Below, piece by piece: positions 35,033-45,298 of a stretch of 64,000 nt of DNA (the stretch's first letter is position 1; every line of letters starts with the position of its first letter). The notes under the pieces were generated by a model that did not search any database, was not told where the DNA came from, and was given only the letters and a program-made list of their open reading frames with translations. The translations under genes were made by a program, and so were the position numbers. The stretch spans positions 7,901 through 71,900 of the forward strand of contig JASKKX010000001.1 in assembly GCA_030153935.1 (NCBI GenBank), read 5' to 3'. This DNA comes from Verrucomicrobiota bacterium. GTDB taxonomy: Bacteria; Verrucomicrobiota; Kiritimatiellia; Kiritimatiellales; Tichowtungiaceae.

Positions 35033-36100
35033 TCAGGTCGCCACTTTGGGATAGGACCCGAGCACATTGAGAACGGCGCAGTGTTTTTCGAGGGCCTGCA
35101 GCGCGGCTTTAACGTTTGGATCGTCGGCATGGCCTTCAAAATCAACAAAGAAACAGTATTCCCACGCTTTGTTTTTGCTGGGGCGCGATTCAATCTTGGT
35201 CATGTTGATATTGTTTTCCTTCAGCACGTCAAGTGCGTCATGTAAAGCCCCGACTTCGTTCCTGAAACTGAAATAAATAGAGGTTTTATCGTCACCGGTC
35301 GGTTCGCTGTACGTTCTGCCGATGACGAGGAAGCGGGTGACATTACCGCTGATATCCTGGATGCCCTCACCGATAATATCCAGATCGTAGAGTTCTGCCG
35401 CGAGTGCGCTGGCAATGGCGGCGCAATCGCTTTTTACAGCCATTTCCGCGGCTAGTGAAGTGCTGTTGACGGCCTCGACTCCAATTCCAGGGAGGTTTTC
35501 GCTGAGCCAGCGGCGACACTGGCCAAGTGCCTCCTGTTTACTGCAAACACGTGTTATTTTTTCTTTCGGAACCGATGCCAGCAAATAGAGCGAAACCGGC
35601 AGATAGATTTCCGCGCAGATTTTAAGCGGTGTACAGGTGAATTGATCGAAGGTGTGGGTCACCGCGCCTTCAGTGGAGTTTTCAATCGGTACGACGCCGT
35701 AGTCAGCCGTCCCGTTTTCGACGACAGTAAAAACATCAGTGATCGTACCAACCGATTGATAATCGACACTGGCACCGAATTTCGAACGTGCCGCCTGATG
35801 GGTAAAGGTGGCGGGAGGACCAAGATAAGCGATTTTCAGATTGCTTTCCAGCGCAAGTGCCGCCGACATGATTTCACGATAGATCGCACGTGCCGCTTTT
35901 TCCGGAAGCGGGCCTTTGTTGAAACCGGCAATCCGTTCAAAAACATCTTTTTCGCGCGAGGGAACATAGATTTCTCCACCCTGCTTTTTTTTGGTTTTCC
36001 CGATTTCGAGAGCCACTTTGACGCGTTCATTGAGCAGTTGAACCAATTCTTCATCTAAAATATCAATCTGTTTTCTAAGCTTCTCCAGACTCATCGTCAT
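35033..36100 (-). CDS. pheA: bifunctional chorismate mutase / prephenate dehydratase (P-protein)
   Basis: N-terminal CM_2 (LRKQIDILDEELVQLLNERVKVALEIGKTK), PDT domain (KIAYLGPPATFTHQAA, VPIENSTEGAV), C-terminal ACT (ESRPSK). Confidence 0.9.
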   Translation of the reverse strand: MTMSLEKLRKQIDILDEELVQLLNERVKVALEIGKTKKKQGGEIYVPSREKDVFERIAGFNKGPLPEKAARAIYREIMSAALALESNLKIAYLGPPATFTHQAARSKFGASVDYQSVGTITDVFTVVENGTADYGVVPIENSTEGAVTHTFDQFTCTPLKICAEIYLPVSLYLLASVPKEKITRVCSKQEALGQCRRWLSENLPGIGVEAVNSTSLAAEMAVKSDCAAIASALAAELYDLDIIGEGIQDISGNVTRFLVIGRTYSEPTGDDKTSIYFSFRNEVGALHDALDVLKENNINMTKIESRPSKNKAWEYCFFVDFEGHADDPNVKAALQALEKHCAVLNVLGSYPKVAT

Positions 36101-36764
36101 CCTCCGTTACGGCCTTTTGAGCACGTTGTTCTAACTCGTTTTCAATTTCAGGAAAAGTTTTTGTCTGTTCCGGTTTTTCATCCGGATTCGTTCGTTTGAG
36201 CTCTTCCATACCGGGTAGATCATTAAGACTTCTGAGTCCGAAATGCTCCAGAAAGCGCTGAGTCGTGCCGAACAGCCACGGACGGCCCGGCAGTTCGCTG
36301 CGGGCAACCACTTTGGCCAGCTGCATTTCAACGAGGTTGCGCAGAACCTGATCGACTGCCACACCGCGGACCGATTCGATTTCCGACCGCAGGACAGGCT
36401 GGCGGTAGGCGATGATGGCGAGCGTCTCAAGTGCCGGTTTCGAAAGTTTTGAAGTGCGGCCTTTATCAAGCAGAGTGCGCACCCACGGACCGCAGTTGAT
36501 CTCGTTCTGCAGACGGAAGCCGTGCGCCACTTCAGCAATACACAGGCCGGTGCTGCTGTGGGCCAGCTCGGCTGTCAGTTCTTCAATCGCGGTGAGCAGT
36601 TCGGGTTCCCGTATCGCGCTGAACTGTTCGCAGGAACCGCCGTACTGCTTCCCCGCATCGACCAGCGTTTTACGGAGCTCTTTGACCGTGAGCGGCTTTT
36701 TAGCCGCAAACAGCAGTGCGCCGATGATCTGCTTGAGTTCGGGAAGCACTTCGATACCGCTCAT
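36075..36764 (-). CDS. scpB: SMC-Scp complex subunit ScpB
   Basis: 229-aa ORF. IIGALLFAAKKPLTVKEL, GFRLQ, tandem winged helices. 4-nt overlap with scpA. Confidence 0.85.
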   Translation of the reverse strand: MSGIEVLPELKQIIGALLFAAKKPLTVKELRKTLVDAGKQYGGSCEQFSAIREPELLTAIEELTAELAHSSTGLCIAEVAHGFRLQNEINCGPWVRTLLDKGRTSKLSKPALETLAIIAYRQPVLRSEIESVRGVAVDQVLRNLVEMQLAKVVARSELPGRPWLFGTTQRFLEHFGLRSLNDLPGMEELKRTNPDEKPEQTKTFPEIENELEQRAQKAVTEDDDESGEA

Positions 36765-37540
36765 TGCATTTCCTCCTCCTGCAAAACCGGTTCAGGCGCC
36801 TCGTCCTCCATCTGTTCAATCACAATTTCTCCAAAATAACAGTCCTGCCGTGCAGCAAGACGGTTGAGTTTGATCAGCTCCAGCATGGCGAGGAATGTGC
36901 AGACAATTTCCTGGCGCGAACGCATATTGCGGAAGAGCCGGTCTAACGTCAGGGTTTTGCCGTTTTTCACAGCCTCCAGCAAATAGTCCACTTTTTCGCC
37001 GACCGTGTACTGCTCGGCAAAGATTTCCTGCATCTCTTCTTTCGGGGCATGGTCCAGCACCTGGTTGAGCGCGGTAATCAGGTCGAAAATACTGACATCC
37101 GATAGGCCGACGTCAGGCCGCGCCCCGAGTTCAACGTGCTCCCCCTCACGGAAAAACACATTCTCCTGCACCTCTTCAAGATGCTCCAGAAAACCGGCGG
37201 CATCTTTAAACTTTTTGTATTCCACCAGCTGACGGACAAGATCCCAGCGCGGATCTTCTTCGTCTTCTTCATCGACCGGACTGCGTTCCTCATCGGGAAG
37301 CAGCATGCGGCTTTTAATCACCATCAGCGACGAGGCCATGACAATAAAGTCTCCCGCGATCTCCAGATTGAGGATCTTCATCAGCTCAAGATATTCCATA
37401 TACTGCGTGGTAATCCGGTTGATCGGAATATCATAAATATCCACCTCTTCTTTTTTGATGAGATAGAGCAGCAGATCGAGCGGTCCTTCGAAGACGTCCA
37501 GATTCACCTTGTATTCTTCATTCGCAAGCAGTTCAGGCAT
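36761..37540 (-). CDS. scpA: segregation and condensation protein A
   Basis: 259-aa ORF. FEGPLDLLLYLIKKEEVDIYDIPI is the ScpA signature. Confidence 0.85.
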   Translation of the reverse strand: MPELLANEEYKVNLDVFEGPLDLLLYLIKKEEVDIYDIPINRITTQYMEYLELMKILNLEIAGDFIVMASSLMVIKSRMLLPDEERSPVDEEDEEDPRWDLVRQLVEYKKFKDAAGFLEHLEEVQENVFFREGEHVELGARPDVGLSDVSIFDLITALNQVLDHAPKEEMQEIFAEQYTVGEKVDYLLEAVKNGKTLTLDRLFRNMRSRQEIVCTFLAMLELIKLNRLAARQDCYFGEIVIEQMEDEAPEPVLQEEEMQ

Positions 37541-37546
37541 ATGCAG

Positions 37547-38509
37547 TTATTCCAGTCCGACAGCCCGGCGGGCCGCCTGCAGCGTTTTACGGGCTTCGAT
37601 CCGGGCTTTTTCGGCACCCTGATGCAGCACATCATTCACAAAACCGGGGTCTTTTTCGAGTTCTGCGCGTTTTTCGCGCATCGGGGCAAAGTGTTCAGTA
37701 ATTTTGGCAAGCAGTTCTTTTTTCGCCGTACCGTAGCCGAATCCGGCGGTGCGGTAACGCGCTGCCAGATCGGCAGCTTCTTCGTCTGTTGCAAACAGTT
37801 TATAGAGTGCAAAAACATTACAGGTGTCCGGATTTTTAGGCTCTTCGAGCGGCGTGCTGTCAGTGATGATTTTCATGACGCGTTTTTTAAGCGGGCCGGT
37901 CTCTCCGAAAATCTCGAGCGTATTGTCGTAGGATTTCGACATTTTCTTCCCGTCAATGCCCGGTACAACAGCCACAGAGTCGCGGATGGAAGGTTCGGGA
38001 ATGGTGAATACCTGGCCAAACTGGTTATTGAACTTGAGAGCAAGATCACGTGTCACCTCGACGTGCTGTTTCTGGTCGCGCCCGACCGGTACGACTGTGG
38101 ACTGCACGGCAAGAATATCGGCGGCCATCAGTACCGGGTAAGCAAACAGACCGTGAGTGGCAGTGAAGCCCTTGGCCGTTTTATCCTTGTATGAATGACA
38201 GCGCTCCAGCAGGCCCATCGGTGTGATGATTGAAAGAAGCCACGAAAGTTCCTGCACTTCCGGCAGGTCACTCTGACGGTAAAACGCAGTCTTTTCGGGA
38301 TCGAGTCCGGCGGCGAGAAAATCGAGTGCAACATCTTTGACCATTCGACGAAGAGCTTCTGCATCATGCACGGTTGTCAGCGCGTGGTAGTCGGCGATAA
38401 ACAGAAATGCCTCGCCCTGCTCCTGCAGTTCCAGCGCCGGCTTCATCATCCCGAAGTAGTTGCCGATATGCAGTTTCCCCGAAGGTTGTATTCCAGAAAG
38501 TATCCTCAT
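37547..38509 (-). CDS. trpS: tryptophan--tRNA ligase
   Basis: 320-aa ORF. SGIQPSGKLHIGNY (HIGH), KMSKS present. Confidence 0.95.
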   Translation of the reverse strand: MRILSGIQPSGKLHIGNYFGMMKPALELQEQGEAFLFIADYHALTTVHDAEALRRMVKDVALDFLAAGLDPEKTAFYRQSDLPEVQELSWLLSIITPMGLLERCHSYKDKTAKGFTATHGLFAYPVLMAADILAVQSTVVPVGRDQKQHVEVTRDLALKFNNQFGQVFTIPEPSIRDSVAVVPGIDGKKMSKSYDNTLEIFGETGPLKKRVMKIITDSTPLEEPKNPDTCNVFALYKLFATDEEAADLAARYRTAGFGYGTAKKELLAKITEHFAPMREKRAELEKDPGFVNDVLHQGAEKARIEARKTLQAARRAVGLE

Positions 38510-38602
38510 CCAATCAACTCCTGTTTTAACCGCGAATAGACACGAAATAGCGGAAATAACTTAAAGGGAGAGACTTTAGCCATGATAAGGGATAAAAAAC
38601 AC

Positions 38603-38630
38603 AAAAAAAGAGCTTCATCTGGGCTCTTTT
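38603..38630 (-). terminator. rho-independent terminator (minus strand), orphaned 335 nt from the nearest annotated stop
   Basis: On the minus strand: AAAAGAGC ccagatgaa GCTCTTTT followed by further Ts (a run of seven Ts). It lies 12 nt after the stop (38643-38645) of a degenerate minus-strand reading frame. Confidence 0.6.
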
Positions 38631-38964
38631 AGAAATCGCAAATCAGGCGGCTCCGTACACCTCGCTCTCTTCTTTTACACCTCTAAAACCCGAATCTCCA
38701 TCCTCTCGCCCAGACGAATCATTTGCCGGTCCAATGACAATAACGGCGCACTGTGACGCAACGCGCAGCCAGCAGATAGGCGTCCTAAGCATAAATGCCT
38801 TGCCGACTTCCAGCAGACGGATCGCGGGGCGATCAACGAACCAATCTTTGTCAAAGAGATCAACGTCCGTTTTTCAGGCTCGTTGGGCAACACCTGCCAT
38901 CAATGCCTACCTATCAGTTACGGTGCTCTTCATGCGCATAATTTAACAATTGCGCAACCGGTGA

Positions 38965-40350
38965 TCAAACCCCTGCTTTCTTCGCCAGATATGCGCGAAT
39001 CGCGGCTTCGTCGTTGGCGATGGTTTCACAGCGGGTTTCGGCCTCGGCGAGGGCATCGAGCAGCGGATGATGTACCGCGGTGCCGATGGCCCGTCTAATT
39101 GCATCCGGAAATTTAGCCGGATGCGCGGTCGCCAGGCAGATCGTCGGAATTCCCGGGGTTTGGAACCGCTCGGCAACCGCCACGCCGACGGCGGTGTGCG
39201 GATCAAGCACATAGCCGGTCTGTGCATGATTTTTTTTGATCGTCGCCAGCGTCTGTTCTGTATTGCCCTCGCCGGCCGCAAAAAGATCGTCCACTGCGCC
39301 GTTGGTGTTCAGCTCAACAGAGAGTGACCTGTTCTTTGCGAACCCGTCCATCAGTTCCCGCAATTTCCCGGAGTTCTGTCCCGTGTGATAATAGAGATAA
39401 CGCTCAAAATTACTGGCGACCTGAATGTCCATGGACGGACTGAGCGTCGGCACCACTTTGCCGATGCTGTAGGTGCCGGTATTGAAAAAGCGCGAGAGAA
39501 TGTTGTTTTCGTTGGTGGCGAGAATGAGCTTTTTGACTGGCAGGCCCATCTGCACAGCAAGGTAGCCTGCCATGATGTCGCCGAAATTGCCGGTCGGCAC
39601 CGCAAACTGCACCTGCTCCGCGCCGGTGGTTTCCTGCACGCGGAAGGCAGCATGGAAATAGTAAACGATCTGCGCCAGTACACGCGCCCAGTTGACCGAG
39701 TTGACTGAACCGAGTGAATATTTCTCTTTAAACGCTACATCCGCAAAAATGGACTTCATCAGGTGCTGGCAGTCGTCGAATGTTCCCTCAACCGCCAGGT
39801 TGAAGACATTCTCGTCGAGTACACTGGTCATCTGCTTTTCCTGAATCGGACTGGTGCGTCCCCGCGGATGCATCACAAAAATCCGGATGTTTTCCTTGCC
39901 GCGCACGCCGGCGATGGCAGCGGAACCGGTATCGCCGCTGGTCGCGCCGAGGAGGTTCAATTCTCCGCCGCGCTTTTGCAGGATGTATTCAAACAGATTG
40001 CCGAGAAACTGAAGCGCCACGTCTTTGAAAGCCAGCGTCGGGCCGTGCCAGAGTTCCAGAATATGGAAGTCGGCAACCGGCACGACAGGGGCTACGTCGG
40101 CAACCCGGAAAGACGCATAGCTTTTTTCAATCAGATTTTTCAGATCACCCGCGGGCAGATCGTCGGCAAAAAGGCTCATCACTTCAAAGGCCAGCTCCGG
40201 ATAGGAAAGATTCTTCCAGACGGCCAGCCTGCCCGAAACGTCTGGCAGGCTTTCAGGCAGCAGCAGGCCGCCGTCAGGCGCCAGCCCTTCCATTACTGCA
40301 TCCAGGAAGCCAACCGGCTCTGTCTTTCCTCTGGTACTGATATATTTCAT
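38965..40350 (-). CDS. thrC: threonine synthase (long form)
   Basis: Start taken at MKYISTRG (ATG rc at 40348-40350). FKDVALQ PLP-lysine motif, SSGNTG-like ATSGDTGSA. The 76 extra N-terminal codons of the track ORF are non-homologous. Confidence 0.9.
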   Translation of the reverse strand: MKYISTRGKTEPVGFLDAVMEGLAPDGGLLLPESLPDVSGRLAVWKNLSYPELAFEVMSLFADDLPAGDLKNLIEKSYASFRVADVAPVVPVADFHILELWHGPTLAFKDVALQFLGNLFEYILQKRGGELNLLGATSGDTGSAAIAGVRGKENIRIFVMHPRGRTSPIQEKQMTSVLDENVFNLAVEGTFDDCQHLMKSIFADVAFKEKYSLGSVNSVNWARVLAQIVYYFHAAFRVQETTGAEQVQFAVPTGNFGDIMAGYLAVQMGLPVKKLILATNENNILSRFFNTGTYSIGKVVPTLSPSMDIQVASNFERYLYYHTGQNSGKLRELMDGFAKNRSLSVELNTNGAVDDLFAAGEGNTEQTLATIKKNHAQTGYVLDPHTAVGVAVAERFQTPGIPTICLATAHPAKFPDAIRRAIGTAVHHPLLDALAEAETRCETIANDEAAIRAYLAKKAGV

Positions 40351-40481
40351 TTTTGAACCCCTGAAAATCGAAAGGCGGAGAATAGACCGGGAAACCGTCT
40401 GAATACACGAAAAAATGTTCCGGCGCCATTTTTCCAACCCTTGGAAATTGCGGGGGAATTTTTCCAGGGGCTGGGAAACAC

Positions 40482-42170
40482 TCAGCGATCCGTAACGGCA
40501 CCGAGCGAGGCGGAAGAGACCTGCCGGGCGTATTTGGCCAGTACACCACGGGTACAGCGCGGTTCCGGCGGAGTCCACGCATCCAGTCTGCGCCGGAGTT
40601 CCGGATCCGGGATATCCAGCGTTATGCTCCGGCGTTCGGCATCAAGGGTAATCTGGTCTCCGTTTTGCACCACCGCGATCGGCCCGCCGCAGAATGCCTC
40701 CGGCGTGATGTGCCCGATGACAAAACCGTGGCTGCCGCCGCTGAAGCGTCCGTCGGTGATCAGCGCCACCTCTTTGCCGAGACCGCGGCCGATAATCGCC
40801 GAGGTCGGCGCCAGCATTTCACGCATCCCGGGCCCGCCGCGCGGCCCTTCATAACGAATCACCACCACCTGCCCTGCCTCAACGGTTCCGTCCAGAATCC
40901 GTTTCAAGGCCTCCTCTTCGGATTCGAAGACCACGGCCGAACCTTTGAAGTGGAGTCCTTCCTTGCCGGAAATTTTGGCAACGGCTCCTTCGGGGGCCAG
41001 GTTTCCGCACAGAATCACCAGATGTCCCTCTTTCTTCACCGGGCGGTTGAAAGGCCGGATGATGTCCTGCCCGCGCGGATAGCCTTTACTTTCTGCCAGG
41101 TTCTGTTCCAGCGTCTTTCCGGTGACGGTCAGGCAATCCCCATGGAGCAGTCCGGCGGCAAGCAGGCGCTTCATCAGCGGTGCGACGCCGCCGATGGCGG
41201 CGAGATCAGCCATTACATATTGTCCGCTCGGCTTGAGATCCGCCAGTACCGGCGTCTTCTTTCCAATCCTTGTGAAATCGTCAAGCGAGAGCTTCACGCC
41301 GGCGGCGTGGGCCATCGCCAGCAGATGCAGGACGGCATTGGTCGATCCACCCAGCGCAGTGACCACGGTGATTGCATTGAGAAACGCCTTGCGGGTAAGA
41401 ATATCGGAAGGCCGGATTGCGTTTCGGATCAGCTCGCAGACCGCCGCGCCGGCCGCCGCACATTCCTGCTCTTTTTCTGCTGAAGCGGCCACGCGCGATG
41501 AACTGTTCGGCAGACTCATCCCGAGCGCCTCGATCGCCGAGGCCATGGTGTTGGCCGTGTACATTCCGCCGCACGACCCCTCGCCGGGAATGGCAGTCTC
41601 CTCGATCTGTTCCAGTTCCTCCGCATCGATTTCGCCGCGGGTATAACGCCCGACCGCTTCGAAAACCGAAACGATATCCACATCCTTTCCGCAATGACTG
41701 CCGGGCAGAATGGTTCCGCCATAGACAAAGACCGCCGGACGGTTGAGCCGGGCCAGCGCCATCAGGCAGCCGGGCATGTTTTTGTCGCAGCCGCCGATGG
41801 CAACCAGCCCGTCAAAACCCTCGCAACCCGCCACGGTTTCGATGGAATCGGCAATCACTTCACGCGAAACCAGAGAGTACTTCATTCCTTCGGTGCCCAT
41901 GGAGATTCCATCGGAGACCGTGATTGTATTGAAAATCACGGACTTCGCACCGGCACGATCCGCCCCCGAACCGGCGGCTTCGGCCAGTTTGTCAATGTGC
42001 ATATTGCAGGGCGTTACCATACTCCAGGTGGAGGCGATACCGACCTGCGGTTTGGAAAAATCGTTCCGTTTAAATCCGACGGCATGCAGCATGGCACGGC
42101 TGGCGGCCCGTTCAACGCCATCGACCACTTTTGAAGAATAGGGACGGCTGTCCCGGCAGCACGTTTCCAT
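40482..42170 (-). CDS. ilvD: dihydroxy-acid dehydratase
   Basis: 562-aa [30 protein letters not shown] motifs. Confidence 0.95.
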   Translation of the reverse strand: METCCRDSRPYSSKVVDGVERAASRAMLHAVGFKRNDFSKPQVGIASTWSMVTPCNMHIDKLAEAAGSGADRAGAKSVIFNTITVSDGISMGTEGMKYSLVSREVIADSIETVAGCEGFDGLVAIGGCDKNMPGCLMALARLNRPAVFVYGGTILPGSHCGKDVDIVSVFEAVGRYTRGEIDAEELEQIEETAIPGEGSCGGMYTANTMASAIEALGMSLPNSSSRVAASAEKEQECAAAGAAVCELIRNAIRPSDILTRKAFLNAITVVTALGGSTNAVLHLLAMAHAAGVKLSLDDFTRIGKKTPVLADLKPSGQYVMADLAAIGGVAPLMKRLLAAGLLHGDCLTVTGKTLEQNLAESKGYPRGQDIIRPFNRPVKKEGHLVILCGNLAPEGAVAKISGKEGLHFKGSAVVFESEEEALKRILDGTVEAGQVVVIRYEGPRGGPGMREMLAPTSAIIGRGLGKEVALITDGRFSGGSHGFVIGHITPEAFCGGPIAVVQNGDQITLDAERRSITLDIPDPELRRRLDAWTPPEPRCTRGVLAKYARQVSSASLGAVTDR

Positions 42171-42332
42171 TGCGACCTCCCTGTTTAGATTGCGTATAAA
42201 TTAACATCGGCAGCAGCAGAACACAAGAGGCAATCCATTCTGTGGATTACACTTGCGGCCGTCTGATTCGTGGCTTTAGTGTTTGCGTCATAAAAACAGT
42301 ACAATACGCTGAAATTACAGAAAGCACTTCAA

Positions 42333-42800
42333 ATGATCTTTGATCGCATTGAATTTCATAATCGATATCCGTTCGGCAGACTCTGGGAGGCCGCCTTTAA
42401 ATTCCTGAAAACCGTCACCGCAGAAACAGAGTGCGGCAAATACGTTCTCGAAGGAGAAGAACTTTTTGCAACAATCGACAGCTATAGAACCAAAACCCGC
42501 GATACGGCGAAACTGGAAACGCACCGGAAGTACGTCGATATTCAGTTCCTGATCAGCGGAGAAGAGACCCATGAGTTTTTTTCAAAAAACGAGCTGCTCG
42601 TCAGCGAACCGTATCATCAGGAAAAAGACGCTGAATTCTACCGGATTCCGAACATTTCCCGTTCGCATATCGTTCTGCGCCCAGGTGACTTCGCTGTCTA
42701 TTTTCCGCAGGACGCCCACATGCCCTGCCTTGCAACCGGCAGCCTCTCGCTCACTGTTAAAAAAGCGGTTGCAAAAATCGCCGCCGACCGCCTCGGCTGA
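42333..42800 (+). CDS. YhcH/YjgK/YiaL family protein (DUF386, EbgC-like cupin)
   Basis: 155-aa ORF. ...SYRTK......ETHRKYVDIQFLISGEE...FAVYFPQDAH pattern of the family. Confidence 0.8.
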   Translation: MIFDRIEFHNRYPFGRLWEAAFKFLKTVTAETECGKYVLEGEELFATIDSYRTKTRDTAKLETHRKYVDIQFLISGEETHEFFSKNELLVSEPYHQEKDAEFYRIPNISRSHIVLRPGDFAVYFPQDAHMPCLATGSLSLTVKKAVAKIAADRLG

Positions 42801-42874
42801 TTCTCCCCGATCCGGAAAAGACACTTTAATAATAATACCATATACTAAAACTTATCGGTATTAACGTGCTTTGA

Positions 42875-43590
42875 TCTGCTCACAGAAGTGGGAACGCTCT
42901 ATCGGAAAACCAAAGACGTTCGCGTCAAAGAGCGCGCTCAAACCGTTCTTCCGGCTGCGGACGGAGATCATTCCAATGCAGAGGCGAACGAGTGACTGCG
43001 CTCTGAGATGGAAATCGAACGCCCGGTGTCAACGATCGACTACTGGATGGGAAAATTCGCAGGGGCGCTTAAGAAGCCGCGTCCCGTTCATATCAAAAAA
43101 GAGCCTGCTGGGAAGGGCGTATGCGTGGTAAAACCGTCCCGGCAAAAATTCAAATGAAGAAAAACTGACTGAAGCCCTTTCGCCCGTACCGGGAAAACCA
43201 GCCTGTGCGAGGAGTCTGGTCGTCGATGGCCGGCTGCCACACTCAAGCAAACGCTTCGTTCGCGGACTTTATACCTGATAGTTTTTAAAGATGGCATTCC
43301 TCCAGTGAGAAAAATACCGGCAGACCGCGCAATCCGGCAGATCCCCCTCCATGGCAGTCGTCTTGCCTCGATTGCCCCGATGACCCGTTCTACCCGTTTG
43401 AATGCTGAAAAAATGACTTCCAGCTGTTCTTAACCCCATCCGATAAAAGCGAAGGCAAAGTTTTCTTGCTAAAATCGTCCGGAATCGCACAATCGGCGAC
43501 TGATATTTACAACCCGGCCGGAAAATCGCTGGACGTCTGCCGTCGCGTACGCGATGAATTGATGCGGCTCTGCCCGGCCTGATTCTTTAT
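42875..43590 (+). pseudogene. second IS630-family transposase relic (N-terminal HTH part and extreme C-terminus, multiple stops/frameshifts, core deleted)
   Basis: LTEVGTLYRKTKDVRVKERAQTVL...DGDHSNAE (IS630 block L.R.TKD.R...RA..VL...G.S...I) and VSTIDYWMGKF.GALKKPRP. Later, CPDDPFYPFEC.KNDFQL resembles YSPDLNPIE..W..LK. The reading frames are heavily broken. Confidence 0.5.
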
Positions 43591-43612
43591 ATGATGGAAG
43601 AGAGGATATGAT

Positions 43613-45295
43613 ATGAAAATCGCCATAGGCTCCGATCACGGCGGCGTTGAACTGAAAGCCGAATTTGTGAAAACTCTGAAAGCCAAAGGCATCGAAGTGG
43701 AGGACGTCGGCACCTACACTGCAGATTCCTGCGACTATCCCGACTACGCTGCTGAAGTGGCCCGCCGCGTTTCGCAGGGTGATGCTGATCAGGGCATCCT
43801 GATCTGCAATACCGGCATCGGCATGAGTATCACAGCCAATAAATTCCCGCGCGTACGGGCTGCAGTCTGCGTCACTCCGGAAATGGCGGTGCTGACCCGC
43901 ATTCACAATGCTTCCAATATCCTCTGCCTTGGCGCGGACATTGTAGAAGACGCTGTTTCTCTGCAAATTCTGGAAGCCTGGCTGGCCAATAAACCGGAAA
44001 CCGGCGGTCGCCATGAACGCCGTGTGAATAAAGTAAAGGCCTGCGACAAAAGCACCAGCGATGCCATCGCCCTCTACGATGCTGATCCGGAAATGTACAA
44101 AATCATCCGCGATGAAAATGTTCGGCAGAAAAATAATATTGAACTGATTGCCTCCGAAAACATTGTTTCCCAGGCGGTTCGTGAAGCACAGGGATCGCGC
44201 CTGACCAATAAGTATGCCGAGGGATACCCAGGCAAACGCTGGTACAACGGCTGTGAATGCGTGGACGAGGCCGAGCGGCTCGCCATCGATCGCGCCAAAC
44301 AAATGTTCGGCGCCGAGCACGTCAATGTCCAGCCGCACAGCGGCAGCGGCGCCAACATGGCGGTGTACTATTCCGTTCTTGAGCCGGGCGATACCATTCT
44401 GGCGATGAGTCTCGCCGAAGGCGGGCACCTGACCCACGGTCACCCGATGAACTTTTCCGGTCGATTCTTCAACATCATTCCTTACGGCGTCCGCAAAGAC
44501 ACCGAGCAGATCGATTACGATGAAATCGCCCGGTTGGCTGAAAAACACAAACCCCGCATGGTAGTGGCCGGTGCCAGTGCCTACTCGCGTATCATTGATT
44601 TCAAACGGCTGCGCAGGATCGCCGATTCGGTCGGAGCTTATCTGACTGTGGATATGGCCCATATTGCCGGGCTCGTCGTGGCGGGATGCCATCCCAGCCC
44701 GGTTCCGGATGCTGATTTTGTTACGACCACGACGCATAAAACACTGCGCGGACCGCGCGGCGGAATGATTCTCTGCAAGGATAAATTTGCCGCAGAAATC
44801 GACCGTCAGGTTTTTCCGGGAATCCAGGGCGGCCCTCTGATGCATGTGATTGCGGCCAAAGCGGTTGCTTTCGGCGAAGCGCTGACTCCGGAATTCAGGA
44901 CCTATCAGGAGCAGGTGGTTAAAAACGCCAAAGCGCTGACAGAAGCTCTGCAGACCAACGGGTTCCGTATTGTTTCCGGCGGAACAGACAATCACCTCAT
45001 TCTGGTTGATGTCGGCGCAAGCGGCTTAACCGGTAAAGATGTGGCCAATGCACTGGACAAAGCATCCATCACCGCGAACAAAAACGGCATTCCGTTTGAT
45101 CAGAAAAGTCCGTTTGTCACCTCCGGCGTCCGCCTGGGCACACCGGCGGTTACCACGCGCGGAATGAAAGAAGAGGATATGGTCAAAATTGCCGATTTTT
45201 TTAAAGCGGTTACAGACCATATGGGGGACGAAAAGAAACTTGCTGAAATCCGGGCGGAAGTAATAGCTTTTTCCAACCGCTTTCCGCTGCTCTAG
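43613..45295 (+). CDS. glyA: fusion protein: ribose-5-phosphate isomerase B (RpiB/LacAB) + serine hydroxymethyltransferase
   Basis: Single uninterrupted 560-aa ORF. Residues 1 to about 145 ([15 protein letters not shown]...[15 protein letters not shown]...GGRHERRV) form an RpiB domain. Residues from about 155 to the end ([33 protein letters not shown]..., [13 protein letters not shown] with the PLP lysine) form an SHMT domain. Confidence 0.9.
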   Translation: MKIAIGSDHGGVELKAEFVKTLKAKGIEVEDVGTYTADSCDYPDYAAEVARRVSQGDADQGILICNTGIGMSITANKFPRVRAAVCVTPEMAVLTRIHNASNILCLGADIVEDAVSLQILEAWLANKPETGGRHERRVNKVKACDKSTSDAIALYDADPEMYKIIRDENVRQKNNIELIASENIVSQAVREAQGSRLTNKYAEGYPGKRWYNGCECVDEAERLAIDRAKQMFGAEHVNVQPHSGSGANMAVYYSVLEPGDTILAMSLAEGGHLTHGHPMNFSGRFFNIIPYGVRKDTEQIDYDEIARLAEKHKPRMVVAGASAYSRIIDFKRLRRIADSVGAYLTVDMAHIAGLVVAGCHPSPVPDADFVTTTTHKTLRGPRGGMILCKDKFAAEIDRQVFPGIQGGPLMHVIAAKAVAFGEALTPEFRTYQEQVVKNAKALTEALQTNGFRIVSGGTDNHLILVDVGASGLTGKDVANALDKASITANKNGIPFDQKSPFVTSGVRLGTPAVTTRGMKEEDMVKIADFFKAVTDHMGDEKKLAEIRAEVIAFSNRFPLL

Positions 45296-45298
45296 AAT

